Of a DNA stretch of 64,000 bases, positions 61,566 through 64,000 are shown piece after piece. The position numbers and the translations under genes were made by a program. This DNA is from Bythopirellula sp. Lineage in GTDB: Bacteria; Planctomycetota; Planctomycetia; Pirellulales; Lacipirellulaceae. Under the pieces are notes generated by a model, which was not told the origin of the DNA, ran no database searches, and worked only from the letters and a program-made list of their open reading frames with translations. Positions within the stretch are counted from its first letter, which is position 1, and each line of letters begins with the position of its first letter. The stretch is from the NCBI GenBank assembly GCA_965216565.1, contig OZ244170.1:2304001-2368000 (forward strand), written 5' to 3'.

Positions 61566-63142
61566 GAGTTATTTCTCTTAGGGATAGGTAAGGATACCAC
61601 GAATGTCGCTCCTGGGCCTGTGTTAGAAAAGGCACTGATCTTTCCCCCATGTGCCTCCGCAATAGTTTGGCATAAAGAAAGGCCCATGCCCATGCCGTGG
61701 GGCTTCGTCGTGTAGAAAGCGTCAAAGAGCCGTTGTTTTTGCTCGTCGGAGATACCGCAGCCCGCATCGCAAAACGAAAGTTCAACATTTTGCTTGTCCG
61801 ACTTGGTTGAAATCACCAAGTTTCTTCGTTGTTCTGGCACCTCGTTCATCGCGTCGTAGGCATTGATAAGCATATTGATGCATACCTGCACTAGTTGCAC
61901 TTGATCGCCGCGTACAGTGGGCAAATCGACTGACAAGTCCCAATGCAATCGTGCACCAGCGCGTCCTGTTTCAAACGATATTATCTCTGCAGCTTCTTGG
62001 ACAATGTCATTGAGGTCAAGAGACTCGAATTGAATCGGCTTTGGTTTCGTGAAAGTCCGCAGATGACGTATTATTTTTGCCGTGCGAGATACGGCTTCGG
62101 AGATTTCCTGCATGCAGTCTTTAGCCCGGGCGCTGCCTTCGGCTGTTCCGCTGTCGAGGCTCCTTCTCGCTGCTTCTGCAAATGTTTTTGCCGCGTGCAA
62201 TGGCTGATGAACTTCGTGAGCGATACCTGCCACTAACTCGCCCATCGTGGCAAGTCTGGATACATGAGCTAGATAAGCTTCCCGCTCGCGAATTGTATCG
62301 GCAGCTTCCTTTAAGTCAGTTATGTCGCGGCCAACAGACTGGTACTCTTCCAGATTCCCTTGGTCATCGAACAACGCGCGATTCGTCCAGTGATTCCAAC
62401 CAATCGATCCATCGGGACGGTAGACGCGATGCTCGCTCGTGATCGAGGGCCTTTCTGGCGTCAGCGATGCGATTTCTCGCTCCACTCGTGCGCGGTCGTC
62501 CTCGTGGATGGTTGGGATGAAGGTCGATCCGACAAGTTCGTTACGCGACTTATGGACATACCGACAGTAAGCCTCGTTGACGAACGTGTATTTTCCGCCG
62601 GGTAACCATCTGGCGATAAACTCTGTTTGGTCTTCAACGACGTTTCGGTACCGCGACTCACTCTCCTTCAGCTTCTCGTTAATTCGGATCAATTCGGCCG
62701 TCCGCTCGGCAACGCGTTGCTCGAGGTCCTTCTTTAGTCGCTGCAACTCTTCTGCTGTCCGCGTTTCCGTCGTGATGTCCTTGGCGATTCCTTCCATCGC
62801 CCGATAGTTTCCCGCCTCGTCAAAGAGAGCATGTTCCTGAACTTCGAGCAAACGTGTGCTGCCATCCGCGTGCGTTACTTCCAAATCGAACTTGAAGAAT
62901 GCGGTCCCAGCTTCGACAGCTTGCTGCACTTGTTCGGCTGTTTGGCGCCCGCGATTCTGCTCGCCTACCCACTCTCGCCAATTGTGCCCTAGCATTTCCT
63001 CAGGACGAAATCCCAGAACTTGTTCTACGGAGGGACTGATAAAAGTGATTTCACCTACCGGAGCATGGGTGTAAAAGATGTAGTCGCCGATTGCGGTCGG
63101 CAACATCTCGCTCCAGGTATCTGGTCTTTGATCAGTCGACAT
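61562..63142 (-). CDS. Cytoplasmic PAS-PAS sensor histidine kinase
   Basis: Two PAS/PAC domains, AHEVHQP H-box, N box, DAGCG and FYTTK..GMGLS; coupled to the regulator. Confidence 0.94.
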   Translation of the reverse strand: MSTDQRPDTWSEMLPTAIGDYIFYTHAPVGEITFISPSVEQVLGFRPEEMLGHNWREWVGEQNRGRQTAEQVQQAVEAGTAFFKFDLEVTHADGSTRLLEVQEHALFDEAGNYRAMEGIAKDITTETRTAEELQRLKKDLEQRVAERTAELIRINEKLKESESRYRNVVEDQTEFIARWLPGGKYTFVNEAYCRYVHKSRNELVGSTFIPTIHEDDRARVEREIASLTPERPSITSEHRVYRPDGSIGWNHWTNRALFDDQGNLEEYQSVGRDITDLKEAADTIREREAYLAHVSRLATMGELVAGIAHEVHQPLHAAKTFAEAARRSLDSGTAEGSARAKDCMQEISEAVSRTAKIIRHLRTFTKPKPIQFESLDLNDIVQEAAEIISFETGRAGARLHWDLSVDLPTVRGDQVQLVQVCINMLINAYDAMNEVPEQRRNLVISTKSDKQNVELSFCDAGCGISDEQKQRLFDAFYTTKPHGMGMGLSLCQTIAEAHGGKISAFSNTGPGATFVVSLPIPKRNNS

Positions 63143-63241
63143 CCGAAGACAAACTTATAAGAAAAGAAGAGGAACAACTCATTTCATTGTAGCTAAAATC
63201 AGCCCAGCTGTGGGCCCCGTTATTCTCAGCCGACTGGCCTT

Positions 63242-64000
63242 TTAAACTACCAATTCGGCATAGAGTGATAACGTTTGTTGTGCCATCTCTGCAGAATGAT
63301 ACCGATCTTCTACCGCCAACCGTCCCGAGCTGCCCAGTTGTTCCGCCTTCACTGGATTAGATATTATCTCAGCTAAGGTGTTGGCCAGATCGGTGGAGTT
63401 CTCCGGCTCGTGGAGTAGGCCCGCCTGAGTGTCGGTGATCAACTCGGTGAACGAACCATGGTTGGGTAACACGACTGGGACGCCATTGGCCATAGCTTCC
63501 AGAGCAGGGAGGCCCTTGCTTTCGCGATAGATAGTCGGTGTGCTGAAAACGTGGAGTGATTGGATAAATGCTATCTTTTGGGCTCGATCTAGCTCGCCCA
63601 CGTAGCGAAATCGACCGGCAAGGGGCCCCTCACTAACGCGCTGTTGGATCTCTGCCAAGTAGGGGCGATCGCGACTGCCTAAATAGCCTGCCGCGTGAAG
63701 CTCGAGTGCAACGAATTCTGGACGTTCCGCTAATTGCTCGCAGGCATCTACTAGCAGATGCAGTCCTTTCTCGTGACAGACGCGTGCCAGATAACCGATG
63801 CGCGGTGCGCTCGACAAATTCTCAGCGGCCCGCTGCGAGTGCCCCTCCAAATTCAGACCGTGCGGAATGACACGAATCTTTTGCCGCTCAACTGAAAGAT
63901 AGTCAGACATGAAATTTGCATAGTATTCATTCAATGCCACAAAGGCGTGGACGTCGGCTACACGTTCGCGCAATAGCTGCCTCACTTGTTGATAGTATGG
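63242..64000 (-). CDS. Glycosyltransferase family 4 (5' truncated by window edge)
   Basis: PHG, RVCHEKG and ESKGLPALEAMANGVPVV. Confidence 0.9.
   Translation of the reverse strand, partial: PYYQQVRQLLRERVADVHAFVALNEYYANFMSDYLSVERQKIRVIPHGLNLEGHSQRAAENLSSAPRIGYLARVCHEKGLHLLVDACEQLAERPEFVALELHAAGYLGSRDRPYLAEIQQRVSEGPLAGRFRYVGELDRAQKIAFIQSLHVFSTPTIYRESKGLPALEAMANGVPVVLPNHGSFTELITDTQAGLLHEPENSTDLANTLAEIISNPVKAEQLGSSGRLAVEDRYHSAEMAQQTLSLYAELVV

Overview
Gene-dense bacterial window. The gene content and the PEP-CTERM proteins with dockerin-like D-F-x-x-x-G-x-V...DFLxWQ tails suggest a planctomycete (Pirellulales/Lacipirellulaceae-like); this is inference, no search was run. The left ~18 kb is mostly housekeeping: serC-serA, a ClC transporter, an Nramp-like transporter, acnA, a STAS protein, an M90 peptidase, a GT2, an ABC ATPase, a vWA protein and a hydrolase. 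At 19112-23010 a 3.9 kb IS1-family cargo element (28-bp terminal inverted repeats, 8-bp target duplication TCCGTTCC) splits a PEP-CTERM repeat-protein gene. It carries a central transposase, a divergent small DNA-binding protein with two operator-like palindromes, a tRNA-like sequence and several small orphan ORFs. Next come a minus-strand run (SyrB2-like halogenase, SDR, EEP phosphatase, cardiolipin synthase), a candidate sigma54-driven structured ~225-nt RNA (30424-30648, minus strand) and kdsA. A ~21 kb lipid/polyketide cluster follows: iterative type I PKS with KS-KS*-AT-ACPx3-(C45-like)-KR-DH, PPTase, FabL-like reductase, HHxxxDG acyltransferase, MMPL fusion, reductase-SCP2, MaoC and SDR. 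The right end holds carbonic anhydrase, a PEP-CTERM heme peroxidase, a prenyltransferase-repeat protein, a thioesterase, rpsR, a PAS kinase/FixJ pair and a truncated GT4. No rRNA, canonical tRNA or CRISPR array was seen.
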